64,000 bases of DNA from Selaginella moellendorffii (taxonomy: Eukaryota; Plantae; Lycopodiophyta), in contig NW_003314289.1 of NCBI RefSeq assembly GCF_000143415.4, positions 846,035-910,034 of the forward strand, read 5' to 3'. The number at the start of each line of letters is the position of its first letter. The stretch's first letter is position 1. Under the pieces are notes generated by a model, which was not told the origin of the DNA, made no database searches, and was given only the letters and a program-made list of their open reading frames with translations. The translations under genes and the position numbers were made by a program. Below are positions 26,671 to 39,183 of this stretch, piece after piece.

Positions 26671-27277
26671 GTGGTCATCCTGGGCATTGTTCAGCTTCTC
26701 GTCCAGGCGTTGGGACGGAGTGCCCGTTAGATTTAAAAGTTTCATATTAGTATAATTTATCTGGAGTTGTGAGTGGCAATCTTTCTATCGAATGGCTCAG
26801 TCACCTCTTCTTGTAGCCAATGTGTAGAACCATCAGCCATTCCTGATTCAAGCGCGGCAAAAATTTCGCTAGTGACAGGATCCATGGCGATCAACTTACC
26901 GCTTACCGCGTGTTTGTAAGAGCTCAAAAAATTCAAGCAGAGAAAGATCAATTTTCTTCGTCTTCATTATTGGATTCGTCTGATTTTCAGACAAAGAATC
27001 AGACGAAGAAAAGAAGAAATGAAGAGTGTTTTTTCTGGAGGTTGGCTTGATAGTTTTCGGCTTAAGCCTTCATTTGCCCTATAAAAGCTTAAGAATCCAC
27101 GAAGATCAAACTGTTTCGCTACTAAGCACGTGGATCTGGATCGCATTGGAGTTCAGAAAGTGCGTTCGTAACAGCAAGTGTGACTGGAATTTGTCGGACA
27201 TAATTTTGTAAAAATCCGCGTTTGTGATCCTTTTTGGTCATTTATAACCTTGGTAACAAAGGGAAAGACCTAAAAGC

Positions 27278-28444
27278 ATGAAGAGAAGAAAAACGCTGTC
27301 GGAGCTACTCGGTCAAGACGACATTTTGGAGGCGGTTCTTACCTTTCTGGACTTGGCCACACTGTGTCGGTTCTCTGTGGTCTGCAAGTCATGGAAATCC
27401 ATCATCAGCAATCCATCCTTTCGCCGTCGGTGGTGTCAAAATAGTGGAGAAAAGGAATCTTTGCGCGTTATGACCACTTCCTTGGATGGCAAGCTCTGCG
27501 CCCGGGATCCATTACAGGCGAACCATATTGAGAAGTTTGCAAGACCTCCACAGGGCGGTCATGTCATTGCTTCTGCAGGTGGCTTGGTATGCATCGACAC
27601 GAGCTATGATCTCTCTAAAGATGTGTTTCACCTGTTGGTGGCCAATCCAGTAACCCAAGAGTGGAGCGCACTACCAGAGCTCCATTCAGGGGACGTAGAA
27701 AGAAGGCCTTTTGTGGGAGTGATCAGTGCCTCCATGTTTGTTGACAAAGTTGGCTTCAAAGTCGGCCTGCACTTTACCGACCCCGACAGTTCAGGCCACT
27801 GGTGCTACATCTACGACTCGGCAAAACGAGCGTGGTCTTCTCTCCCCAAGCTCCCGCTCTCGCCAACCTACATTAAGATGAGGGAGCAGTGGAATGGAGA
27901 TTGTGGAGAGGCCAGCTTTCCAGACATGGACGACTTCTTCTATGACCTTAGTATCCTGGGATTGTACGACTTTGGCCGCACCACATGGATAACGGGAGAA
28001 GTTGTGCGCAGCCTGAGGATTACAACAGGCCTGGAAGGCAGGGTTGAACAAGATGAAGAGATCCTGCGTTGTGTTTTGCCACGTCCCGGTTGCTGCGCGG
28101 CGAGGCTGTGGGAGCACAATGGGCAGCGATACTTTGCAAGCGGCTGGGTGAACGCGGGAGGCTTCCGCGACCATTTTGGTGGAGTTGATGGCTATGGCGT
28201 GTGGAAGGTTGATGACAAGGGTGGCTTGGTTACAGTCTCAGCAGTGCTCTATAAAGCCATTTGTGATCAAGCTGGGCGGGTCCATCATAACATCCCTTAC
28301 TGTTGTTCTACCCACGCAGAGGGCAATCTCGTCACCTTTTCACAGACAAACCTTGTCTGTGTTTACAACTTGAGCACAGGGCGATGGGGCGGAGTTGGCA
28401 CAACTAAGGGAGTGATTTATCGCCCATCTTTCAGGACACTTTAG
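27278..28444 (+). CDS. Intronless F-box protein with beta-propeller-like C-terminus
   Basis: DDILEAVLTFLDLATLCRFSVVCKSWKSIISNPSFRR F-box, VIASAGGLVC..LVANPVTQEWSALP, IYDSAKRAW. Confidence 0.88.
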   Translation: MKRRKTLSELLGQDDILEAVLTFLDLATLCRFSVVCKSWKSIISNPSFRRRWCQNSGEKESLRVMTTSLDGKLCARDPLQANHIEKFARPPQGGHVIASAGGLVCIDTSYDLSKDVFHLLVANPVTQEWSALPELHSGDVERRPFVGVISASMFVDKVGFKVGLHFTDPDSSGHWCYIYDSAKRAWSSLPKLPLSPTYIKMREQWNGDCGEASFPDMDDFFYDLSILGLYDFGRTTWITGEVVRSLRITTGLEGRVEQDEEILRCVLPRPGCCAARLWEHNGQRYFASGWVNAGGFRDHFGGVDGYGVWKVDDKGGLVTVSAVLYKAICDQAGRVHHNIPYCCSTHAEGNLVTFSQTNLVCVYNLSTGRWGGVGTTKGVIYRPSFRTL

Positions 28445-28592
28445 ATCTAAACGGAAATGTTTCTTGGATAAAACTTCAAGATCCATCGAGTTCAATATAT
28501 ATAGCAAGTGTTTTGTAAGTTCCTGAAATATCTTAAACAAATTGGTTAAGGATAATCATTTCTACAAGTTGTTGCATTATGGCTTAGGGCTC

Positions 28593-29428
28593 ATGTCGAG
28601 TTTGAGAACTTCGTCATGGTGGAGCGTCTCTTGTGCTAGTGCTCGCTCAGTGGTACTTCCATTTCTCGTTGCTTGGACGTTCTTTTGCTTACTCGAATTT
28701 TTCTCTAGAGGCCTGCCAAGATTAAGGTCCTGACCGTGGGGAAATCCCCAGACCCTGGCGTCCAAATGCTTCTGGATGGATATAGTCGGAAGATTCAGCG
28801 ATACTGTGGCTTCCAAGTAGTGCAAGTCCGACCAAATCCAAAAAACTCCAGGCAAGTCTTGACATTCTCTCCAAGTTTTCCGGATCTTTTTCATTCCCTT
28901 GCAGCGATCCAAAGGTCCAGATCGAGGCCGAGAGCGAGAATGCCATGCGAAACATCTCAACCAGCGACTGGGTACGAGAAAAGTTTTGGTTTTCTCCGTT
29001 TGAAGGTTTGCGCGAGAAAAATCCCCAGGTTGCAGTGCTGGATGAAAGTGGTCGAGACGTAACTTCGCTCGAGCTCGCAGACTTAATCGCTGATGCAGCA
29101 AACAACGTAAGCTTTGCTTTTCTCCAACTTCTTTTTTTGTGGGTCTTCGAGTTTTCCATTCTTTGTTCTTGGGATCAATGTCAAAGCAGTGCAGCTCATC
29201 GCTACTTTTCTGTATTGGTGGACCATACGGACACGGCTCTCGCGTCAAAACTCGCGCAAATGTGACACTCCGGCTATCCTCGCTGGTCCTCAATCACCAA
29301 GTCGCTCTTATCGTCCTCGTCGAGCAAATTTATAGGTGCGAATCCATTCGATTCTTCGTTTCACGATCTAAACCTCCCAGCTTTTTAGATCCTGGACGAT
29401 CCTGAGAGGCGAAAATTACCACCACTGA
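28593..29428 (+). CDS. RlmH-like SPOUT RNA methyltransferase (probably organellar)
   Basis: IKVLTVGK..YSRKIQRYC, VLDESGRDVTSLELADLI, LLFCIGGPYGHG..LSSLVLNHQVALIVLVEQIYRSWTILRGENYHH*. Confidence 0.9.
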
Positions 29429-29891
29429 AGAGGAAAAAGTTCCATTTTTCTTTGCTTTCTCGAGCAAATCTAAGCTGGAAGATCCCTCACTAGAGTGGAG
29501 GAGAAAACTTCAAACGATGACCGTCCGATCGGGGCTTATAATCGAACGGTGGTAAGCCTAGTGGGGCTTCCTTTATTTTTATTTTCTTCCCCTTGTGTTG
29601 GAGAAAGAAGGGCGGAGCGCTCCATGATTCGTCACACTGGGCGTGGATGGGAGCTGGCGAGATTCTAGATCGCGTCACAGGTCTCTAGCAGGCGCCATTG
29701 ATAGCAAAAGCCAGGGTTCTTTGGAGCGATCTCCATTCTCCACGCGTCTGGAAGAATTTCTTGGATAATCTTGCCCGGATTGTCGAGCGGGCACTAGTTT
29801 AGTCGCGGTGGCAGGGTGTTTTGGACCGATCCTGTCGCTGCTAATTGATTTGGGAGTGATTCTGGCGTAGGGGAAGAGATTCTTTACTCCG

Positions 29892-32190
29892 ATGAGGGCT
29901 GGATCGCGCAGATTGTGTAAAGCTCTTGCGCAGGCAGCTACCAGAAGGGATTTTTTCTCTAGGGAAGTTCTCGAGACCAGCGCTCCGGTTTATTGTCAAG
30001 GCAGTGAAAGGATTTTCACCCTCCAAAGGAGATTGGCGAGTTCTACTATCGACACAAAGAACAATCATCCTGGTAATTAACTCTATTTCTCGTTTTTCCT
30101 TTTTAACTTTTAAAGCTCAAACATTCTATCCAGCTTCCAGGCCTCCAACTCTAAAGAGTGGAAATTCGAGAAGTTTGGAGCTAGAGAGAGCGGGACCTTT
30201 GGTCGAGTATGAGAGAAGAATTTCTTCTGGGCACCTTCTCCCCGGAGATAAATATCAGGTACGCTTTGGAAGCTTTTTTTTTCTTCCTTCCATTCATTTG
30301 CCTGTTTGATTTTATTCATGTAGGAGGATGCCTTGCGAGCTCTGCAAGCTCTGTTTGACTTGCTCAAAAGCACTGCTGCGGAGAGTAGGCTTGATAGAAC
30401 GAGTGCCGAACAATCTCACGGAAGGTTTTAATACTTTTGGTAGAGAGACCACTTGATTTTCCAGCAAGCTAATCAGTCTTCTCTCATTTTCTTTTCAGAA
30501 GCAAGAGCTGGTGGTCTGAGTTGCTGTCTCCAAAACCATCCGTGCCATCAGTAAGAGGCCTCTATTTGTATGGCGGCGTTGGCACCGGCAAGACGATGCT
30601 AATGGATATGTTTTACGAGCAACTGTGAGTTTTCTCTTGGTTTCATGTTTTGTTTAACGTGATGGGTCAACAAGTGTAGGCCTTCGACGTGGAGAAAGAG
30701 GAGGTTACATTTCCACGATTTCATGCTGAATGTTCACAGTCGCTTGCAAGTAAGTCAACGTTTTCTATTTTTCAGTGCTTCCTTCTCCTTATTTTCTGTC
30801 GAAGTAAATGATTTTCTAGAAACTCAAAGGTGTGACTGATCCACTAGAGATGCTCGCTGAGGAGCTTTCGAAAGAGGCTGTCATTCTTTGCGTGGACGAG
30901 TTCATGGTAAGTCAATATCACAAGCTTTTTGCTTTTTATTTTTTGCTGGCAGCCTTTATCAAGCTTTCGCCACGCAGGTCACTGACGTTGCGGACGCATT
31001 AATTCTCAACAGGCTGTTTGGACATCTCTGGAGCAAAGGGATTGTAAGTCTGTCTTTTGTTTCTTTGTCGGCAAGGTTAATCATGGAAAACTTTATTCAG
31101 GTTCTGGTATCCACTTCTAATCGAGCTCCTGACCAATTGTATGAACGGGGCTTGCAAAGGGACTTGTTTTTACCGTTCATTGCATCACTAAAAGTAAGTC
31201 AACTTTCTCTGAGTGCGTGAGTGAGTGAAACTCCCTGTTCAGGAGCGCTGCGTGGTCCATAAAGTTGGATCCCCTACAGACTACAGAAAACTCAATGCAG
31301 TGAGTATTTTTTCTTGTGTTATTAAGTAGTAGTTATCTGAAAGGGAATTTGTGTATCATTGTGACAAGGTTGAGAAGGGGCTTTATTTTGTTGGAGAAGG
31401 AGCGTCTGAGATGCTCAAGGAAAAGTTCCGCGTTGTAACAAATGGCGAATTTACTGCACCAGCAACTGTTGAAGTTGTCATGGGACGCAGGCTCAAGGTT
31501 TGATACGACTTCTTCGTCTTACATTTCGTGATATATGCTTGGTTGTTTCTCAGGTTCCTATCTCCGCTAATGGATGCGCATATTTTCAATTCTACGAACT
31601 TTGTGAGATGCCGTTGGGTGCAGCGGATTATTTCGGTCTATTCAGTACGTGTTTCCGAACTAAGCATGTCGATTCTGTAGATCCGATCACCTGTGACTGC
31701 AGACCATTTTCATACTCTCTTTCTGGAGGGCGTCCCAGTATTTGGATCTCATAATCGGGTCGCGGCTTATAGATTCGTTACCTTGATAGACGTAAGTTCG
31801 TGATGTTCGTCCTTTGCGGATAAACTCAGTATATCTCTCCAGGTTTTGTACGAGAACAAGGCTCGTTTCGTCTGTTCCGCCGAGGCTCCTCCAAAAGAAC
31901 TGCTCGAGCGGATTGTCACAATCGCAGACGCTCCGAAGCGTACGTCGTCAAGGTCCGCTCGGAACGACGATGCGGATTTACTCGTGGATAACGAGCTGGG
32001 ATTCGCGAAGGAGCGAACTATCAGCAGGTAAATCTTCGCTCTAGCGGCTTGTTTTCTTGTGCTCAACCAGTTGGAAATTTTCGTGTCAAGGTTGATCGAG
32101 ATGCAAACCAAGGAATACATTGATGATCACGCAGCGTCTCGTCTTGACGATGACAATGATAGCCCAGTGGCTACAGGCACAGATTCGTGA
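29892..32190 (+). CDS. AFG1/ZapE-like AAA+ ATPase
   Basis: [93 protein letters not shown]. Confidence 0.93.
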
Positions 32191-32274
32191 TGTTTGCCAC
32201 AAATAAAATTCTGTATTTCGAATATTCTGGAGTATGCTAGCATATTTTTGGTCACTGCTTTTAAATTTGAAAAT

Positions 32275-32312
32275 GGCGCCAAATCGGCAATTTAGGGCAG
32301 GATAAACCCTAG
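32275..32312. promoter_or_regulatory. E2F site (TTTGGCGC on - strand) and telo-box (AAACCCTAG) upstream of the RNA helicase
   Basis: GGCGCCAAA at 32275-32283 and AAACCCTAG just before the ATG at 32315. Confidence 0.5.
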
Positions 32313-32314
32313 CT

Positions 32315-34563
32315 ATGAGGTTCGAGGATCTGGCGCTCAGCGCCGAGACGCTGGCTGTGCTGCGCGGCAATGGCTTCTACGATCTCACGCCAGTTCAGGA
32401 GCGCATTATCCCGCAGCTCTGCCGCGGCCAAGACGCGCTCGTTTGCGCCGTCACGGGCTCCGGTAAGACGCTTGCGTTTGTCGTCCCCATCGTTGAGATC
32501 CTTCGCAAGCACTCGGCTTCCTTCCATCCAGGACAGGTTAGTATACTTTTGTGTGTGTGTTCTACGTAGCTCTTCTTCTTTTTCTCATTTTTCTCGTGTT
32601 TATCTGTTCATTGTGGTTGCTTCCATCTTGTTCTCTTTTCCTTGCGTTAGAACTCTTTGCTTTTCTTCCTCATGGTTTGTAACTTGTGTGAAGGTTGGAG
32701 CGATTGTTGTGGCACCGACCAGAGAATTGGCGTCTCAGATCTTTGATGTGTCGCGGCCCTTCTTTGCAGGCCTAAACGAGTTTGATCCTGTGCTGCTTGT
32801 TGGTGGTGCCGACGTCTCTTTAGATGTTTCCAGCATCGAGAATTGCCCCCGAGCAAAAGTTTTGGTTGGCACTCCTGGCCGCCTGCTGGACATCATGCAG
32901 CGGTGTTCTTCTCACTTGGATTTTTCTTCCTTGAAGGTACTCAAAACTGAGATGACCCCTGGTGCCAAAGTGTTTGAGCTACGCAGGTTTTGATTCTGGA
33001 TGAAGCGGACCGGCTGCTTGAGATGGGACACGATCGTCGCGTCTCGGAAATCATCAGTCTGCTTCCTGGACAACGGATAACCGGGCTTTTCTCTGCGACG
33101 GAAACAAAAGAACTTGCGGTGAAAGCTGGTGTCCGGCAGGAATACAGCTTTCAAACGAAAAAACAGACTCCTTCGACACTCAGTGTACAGGTAAGCGTAT
33201 TTTATCGATGAGGAGAGCACTAACTCCGACTTCTCGCAGTATCTCATCAGCGATGCTGATGAAAAGTCCTCGCAGTTAGCACAATTCCTTCTTGAACACA
33301 AGTCCAAGAAAACTATTGTGTACGTCTTTCTCATGGTTTTATCTGTTAAGCTTACGTTGCTTAGAATATGACACTATGACAGATACTTTATGACCTGCGC
33401 CTCCGTGGATTACTGGGGAACCATCCTTCAGAAGGTTGATATCATGAAGAATGTGTCGATCGTGGTGCTACATGGTAAAATGAAACAGGTGATATTTATT
33501 TGCGTTTGATGTCCGTTTTTACCATGAACTATTGCAGAAATCCCGTGAAAATGCCTTGCAAAGATTCACCGACATGCCATCGGGTGTGCTCTTCTGCACT
33601 GATGTCGCTGCTCGCGGACTCGATATACCTGGTGTCGACTGGATTGTGCAGGTAAACGCTTTGTGATAAAAGTTTTGAGGCTCGCTTCGTAACACAGTAA
33701 TTTGAGTCATCTTGTCCAGTATGATCCTCCTCAAGATCCAAACACGTTTGTTCATAGAGTCGGGCGTACTGCAAGAATTGGACGCGTTGGCCATTCTGTT
33801 GTGTTCCTTCTTCCAAAGGTACTTGAAACCATGTAAAGCGTCTAAGGGCTGCTTTGAGTGTCCTTACAGGAGGATACGTATGTGGAGTTTCTGCGCATAA
33901 GGAACGTTCCCGTCGAAGAGAGAAACAAGCCGGAGGCGATGGATATCATTCCAATGGTTTGTGTGCTGTTTGAAAATGCCATTGCCTGACTTTCTGGTGT
34001 TCATCGCAGTTGCGTGCAGCCGCTGAAAGTGATCGAGATGTAATGGAGAAGGGACTGAAAGCATTCGTATCGTATTTTCGAGCGTACAAGGAGCACCACT
34101 GTAACTACATTTTCCAGTACGTAGCGGTCGTTAAGTTCCGTCGTGTTTTGATCTTTCGATGTTTAGGTGGAAGAAACTGCAGCTTGGCAAGATTGCCATG
34201 GGCTTTGGTCTCTTGCAGCTACCTTCGATGCCAGAGCTAAAGCGAGGCATTTTCACGTCGCAACATTTTGTCCCCGTCGAGGGGATAGATTTCAGTGCTA
34301 TCAAGTACCGGTACGTGTTCCTCGACTTTCTCTTCGCCTACTCATCGGTCTTTTATCCGTTCAGTGACAAATCGCGGGAGAAGCAGAGGCAAAGGGAGCT
34401 AAAAGCTGCTCCTCGCAAACGTTCCAAGCCCGAGAAATGTTCCAAACAAGACAAGAAGAAGATCGCAGCTGTGAAGAAGCTCCCCGGCAAGAAAAGAAGC
34501 TTGAGAGACATGGAAGAGCTGAATGAAGATTACCGGCAGTGGAAGAAACAGCGACAAAAGTGA
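32315..34563 (+). CDS. RH18: DEAD-box RNA helicase, DDX55/Spb4/RH18 family
   Basis: [94 protein letters not shown]. Confidence 0.9.
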
Positions 34564-34621
34564 GCTAAGCTTTCCTTTTCTCATTGTATTCAAGCTTACT
34601 ACGCTGTTGAGAGGGAGCGAG

Positions 34622-35755
34622 CTATGTCTTGGGCAGCACGAAGCCCAGGCCTTTCCCCCAACCAAGCGCCGGACGGCATGCGGTGACTCCTTTGCCCAGC
34701 CGGATCTGGCCTTCTCTTCCGGTGCTCACGTCCAGGCAGTAGACCTCCTTCTCCGCATAGAAAGCGTAGAGAAATCCTTCACACAGCACGAAGAAAAGCT
34801 TAGAAACGTTGGTCAGTGTGATCACCTTTTGCGCGCTCGACTTCCACGCTCGGATGGGCCACTGGATGCGATGCGCAGCGATCCACTCTCCGCGGCCATG
34901 GAGCTCGAAAACCTGGATGGACTCTTCCGCGGGGCAGCAAAAGATGGCGCTCGACTCGGACACGCCGAAACATCCCTGGCGATGGTCGGGCGCTTGGATG
35001 CCGCTCACGATCAGCGTGGAGAGGTCGAGAAGGAACATTTTCGCTGCCGGGGACGCCGCGTTTGCGATGAAGACGATCTTGTCCCCGCCGATGGCATGCG
35101 CCTGGTACTGCTCGGCCCGAGAGAGAGCGCCGGCGCAGGGCTTCCTCTCCCATTCCCAGCTCGAGGGAGCGTCGGATGCTTGGGGCTTGGCCGCGGGGAT
35201 CGTGAACACGGCGATGCGATCGGGGGCGATCCAGGAGATTGCCGCCACGCTCTCGCCGCCGTCCTTGCAGTGGAGGAGCACGGCATGGGCACACTGCGCG
35301 TTGAGCGCTGGCAAGAGGACGGCCGATCCCTGCGTCGGGGAGAAGAGGGCGAGTGGCTGGGGGCCAGGAAAGCTGTCCACCAAGATCGAACCGGATCGAG
35401 ATATCGCCACGAAGTTGTCGATGGTCGGAGAGGCATGGACAGTGCGCACGGTGGCGTCGCCGTAGCTCGCGAGGTGGATGGAGCCTGGCTTGATCTTGGC
35501 GGAGGCGTTGAGCAGGCGCAGCCTGGACGATCCGTGCGCGAAGGTGACGAGGATCTTGTGTGGATCGCTGGCGCCGCAGAGGATCCCAAGAATGCGCTTG
35601 TCGCGCAGCACATCGGAGCTCATCAGCGCCTTGCACACGGTCTTGGATAGCAAGAGATTCTTCCAGCCCAAGAATGCGGGCATCCTCTCCACGACGAACG
35701 CCACCACATCGTGAGGAAATGTCGAAGCTTTGGTGGAGAAAGGCGAGGAAGCCAT
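34622..35755 (-). CDS. Intronless GC-rich protein with degenerate F-box-like N-terminus
   Basis: Long ORF with first ATG at 35755. FPHDVVAFVVERMP..SKTVCKALMSS resembles an F-box, followed by beta-rich sequence. Confidence 0.6.
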   Translation of the reverse strand: MASSPFSTKASTFPHDVVAFVVERMPAFLGWKNLLLSKTVCKALMSSDVLRDKRILGILCGASDPHKILVTFAHGSSRLRLLNASAKIKPGSIHLASYGDATVRTVHASPTIDNFVAISRSGSILVDSFPGPQPLALFSPTQGSAVLLPALNAQCAHAVLLHCKDGGESVAAISWIAPDRIAVFTIPAAKPQASDAPSSWEWERKPCAGALSRAEQYQAHAIGGDKIVFIANAASPAAKMFLLDLSTLIVSGIQAPDHRQGCFGVSESSAIFCCPAEESIQVFELHGRGEWIAAHRIQWPIRAWKSSAQKVITLTNVSKLFFVLCEGFLYAFYAEKEVYCLDVSTGREGQIRLGKGVTACRPALGWGKGLGFVLPKT

Positions 35756-36103
35756 AGCCGTGAAGCTGTGAAGCCGCGAAGCCAAGAACCACGATCACGA
35801 AACCAAGTGCATTGTATTTGTATGCTGGCGCGAGCACGGCCGGGATATTCCTTTGTGACGTGTCTAAGTCAACGCATCTTTGACGAGATCTAAAATATTC
35901 TAACGGCTCACAGGTTTAGGGTTCAATTCCGGACAGCAAGAATAAAAATAGTAAGAAATAATAAAACAAAACCGAAGAAGAAGAAAATAGAAATTAAAGG
36001 CAAGGATTTTTGAGGAAGCAAATATTTTAAATTTACTTTTCATCGAATTACAATTTTGTATATAAAAGATATGTATCGTTGATTTAAAATATTTCAGTAA
36101 GTT

Positions 36104-37458
36104 TTAGAGCCCGACTTTCACTTCCTCCACTTTCGGCCTCTTGGGCGTTGGCTCCCGAGGTTGATCTTCGAGATCTTCTAGTCCGACCGGTGTTGGGAGA
36201 CGATCTTCCATTTTGCGGTGGTCTTCGGCATGGTTTCTCGGGCTGATTCTCTCCTGGTTGGTTTTGGACTGCTGCTCATTGTTCTTGCCAATGTCTCCTC
36301 CCTTGCAGCTTGCGTTCAAGTCGAGATCACACTGACCCGCGCACGGACCGTGGAGCTTTGATCGCCATCCTCGAGAGTAGAGTCTCTTGTACAGGTCTGC
36401 AGTCTTTACCATTGGAAGATGCTGCTGCATGCTAACACAATCAACCTGTTTAGCTAGCGCGCGAGCAGAAGCTCGGCCGGGGAGAACTATTAACCTGAGC
36501 GGCCGGAATCCCGTGTACAAGCTGCTCCATCTCCTGCTGGAGCTTGAGAACTTCCGATCTCATGTAAGCCTCTGTGAGTTCCTCCATGCCGGCACCTTGT
36601 CCCACGGCGATGGTGTGCTCTAAACCGTGAATGGTGCTCTCCAGGCTCCTCACCTGATAGAAACACAAGCTCTCAAGTCAAGCTCATCGAACGAAAACAA
36701 GCTCAAGCTGATCTACCTTTCGACCGGGCCATCGCTTCAATCCAAACTTCCGGCAAGCTTTCTTCAGAGTTGTCTGTGACACGCCCAGTTTCTTGGCAGC
36801 GTCGACGATGCTAAGGTGGAAGTACGCGGACAAGTCGGAGAGTATGAGATGGTGAGTTCCAGCACCCTGGATAACAACGACCGTTGCTGGCTGTTAGTTA
36901 CTCGGCTGTTGCAAGCAATGGAAAACAAGAACGAAAACAGTCGCGACTGCTTTTACTTACCACTTTGCTCCGCCGGTTGACGAGGAAGACGAGCTCCGAG
37001 CGTCCCTTGGACGCGTCGTTGGTGTCCGCGCACTGAGGCGAAGGATTGCTCGCATTCGCCGACGACGAGGACGCGTCCTTCTCGTCGGTCTTGGGCTGCT
37101 TGTTGGAGGCTTTCGCGTTGGCAACCCCGGGCTTTGGAGCCGGTCCCGCACGCTGCTGCAAGGAACTCGCAGCGAGGTCGTTCGCGGCTGGCTTGCCGAG
37201 CGGTGGGAAAGCCTCGAAAGGTTGCTGCTGTTGCTGAGAGTTTTGCGCTGGCGTGAAAGCCCGGAGCTGAGCTGCGAGAAACTGAGCGAGCAACGCGATA
37301 TTCGGTGCGGGAGCGTTCGCTGGAAACGGCCTAAATGCTGCTGCTGGAGCGTTTGGAAGCAGCGGTGCATTTGAGCTGGGCCTGCTCGCCGAGGAACTTC
37401 TCACGAGAAACTGAGCGAGCTCGGCCGGCGATGGCGTTACCGGATTGTTGTTCATCAT
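36104..37458 (-). CDS. RWP-RK (RKD-type) transcription factor
   Basis: Exon 36890-36717 (58 codons, below the ORF-track cutoff) encodes LILSDLSAYFHLSIVDAAKKLGVSQTTLKKACRKFGLKRWPGRK and splices to VRSLESTIHGLE. N-terminal part is A/P/Q-rich. C-terminus has DLDLN and PKRPK. The gene may extend 5' to about 38378. Confidence 0.88.
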
Positions 37459-37542
37459 CCCAGAAAATCCACTGCCGCCGCCGCCACCCGGAGCATAGTT
37501 GCCATTTGGTTTCGCTTGCCTGCAGTCTGCATCGTCGGGACT

Positions 37543-38378
37543 TTAGTCGCAGCATGGAATCGATATCTTCAAACCTCTGAGCGGGAGTCCGCCGAAGCTC
37601 GGTGGTGACGCCTTCGAGCAGCCCGGCGTGGATTCGTCCGCGGAGGTGGGAGTCATGCTGTAACTCGTTGGAGTTTCGTTCTTTGGAAAGAACGTCTTTG
37701 TTCTCGGGGCCTCTTGTGGAGCGCTGATGGAAGCCGGGCCTTCGTCACCTCCATCCTCTTTCGCTGTGACGCCGCCGGAGGTGATCATCGCTACCAGTTG
37801 CTTCTCCCCCATGCATATGAGAACGTCTTCCAGCGTTGCGTCCACGTCGAGCTCCTCGGGTTCGGAGCCATCCGGCCGCACCAGCTGCAACCTCTGGATG
37901 CTCTCGCCTCGCGCGATGAACTCCAGCCGCCTCGCGTTTCTCTGCGCAAGTCTTCACCATCATCGCCATCAGCACGCGGAAAGAGACAACAAAACTTATA
38001 CCTCGATCACCCTCGCAAACTCCTGCAGTGTCTCGTGAACGTGACGCGCGGAACTCCACTGATGCCCATGAACTGAGACTGTGAACTTCACCTTCTCGGT
38101 GGCTTGGCCAGCGGGAGGATGGCGCTGGAATCCTTGGAAAGCACTGCCTGGAGCGGACATAGTTCTTGACACCGAAGAAGTTTAGCGGGAGCACTGCGAA
38201 GGAAATGGATCAAATGGTCTAGCTCGACCACCAAAATGCAAGAGAATTCACGGGGACAGTACCAGAGCATCGAAGCCTTTGCGTGTTTTTTCGGCCGTTG
38301 GCACACCAAGTGGCAGTTATATTGTCCTTTTGGCTGCCCACACTAGTTTTTCCCTTTCCTTTCGACGTTTTCTGCCAT
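37543..38378 (-). CDS. Spliced hypothetical coding segment, possibly the 5' part of the RWP-RK gene
   Basis: ATG at 38378 and short GT-AG introns. The last ORF (RLQLVRPDGSEPEELDVDATLEDVL) is in the same frame as the RWP-RK ORF, separated by one TAA that a 48-nt intron (37574-37527) would remove. Confidence 0.5.
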
Positions 38379-39183
38379 GGCGTTTGGCCACCAAACTGCC
38401 ATCCTTGGCCACATTCCCTGCTTTACGCTTCTAAAACCTGCCAGTGGTCAGTCTAGAAAATGCAGGACCAAAACTGTGAAGAAACAAGGATATCATACCC
38501 AATTGTCACCCAGCAAAAGTCGTGTAGCCATGATTTCGCCAAGTCTTACAAGCACGGAGATTTTCTTCTGAAGTGCTCGAAGATGATCTTTTGTGGGAAC
38601 CAAAACACAAAACACGAAAAGACGGTAGCAGGATTCAGCTGAATGCCACAAACAAGTTAAAGTGTACCTCGTCAATAGGGCTGACAGCCATCGATCATAG
38701 CTCAGGAAATTCCCCCTCCCTGCTTTCCTGACCAAAGCCTGCTTGCAGATGTAATACCACTTCTTGCAAATCTAACGTACCAACAAGCCAGAGAAATGCA
38801 AGCATAGGGCCTTGAGTTTTGTAAGGGTTCAAGTCAAACGTGATGCCAGGATCATGTCCTAAGAGATAAAGAAAATACACTAAACCAGCTATCAATGGAT
38901 GAAGAAAATTGGAAACAGATATGGCGTGATGAACTGAGGAGCCATTCATTGTCGCACAGCACTGGTTTATCCAAGATGCCATAAAATTTACATGGCAAAT
39001 TCTGCAACAAAATTCTACTATAACATGCAAATATGTTGATGATTCACATAATTTAATACAAATCTTTCAAACTATTTAATAGATTTTTGTTCTCCACAAA
39101 GTTTAAATACCTAATCTTATTCCCTTAAGAAAACTCGTTAGTGGAAGAGAGGTAAAATCAATTTATACAATACGAAACTCTCA

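Noticed and set aside
34523-35837. 375-aa and 345-aa ORFs overlapping the 34622-35755 gene
   Set aside because: GC-rich shadow frames with Arg/Gly/Ala-biased composition and no domain signal.
38490-39030. Exon-like stretches with splice-like sites upstream of the RWP-RK region
   Set aside because: Could not assemble a consistent frame or recognise a family.
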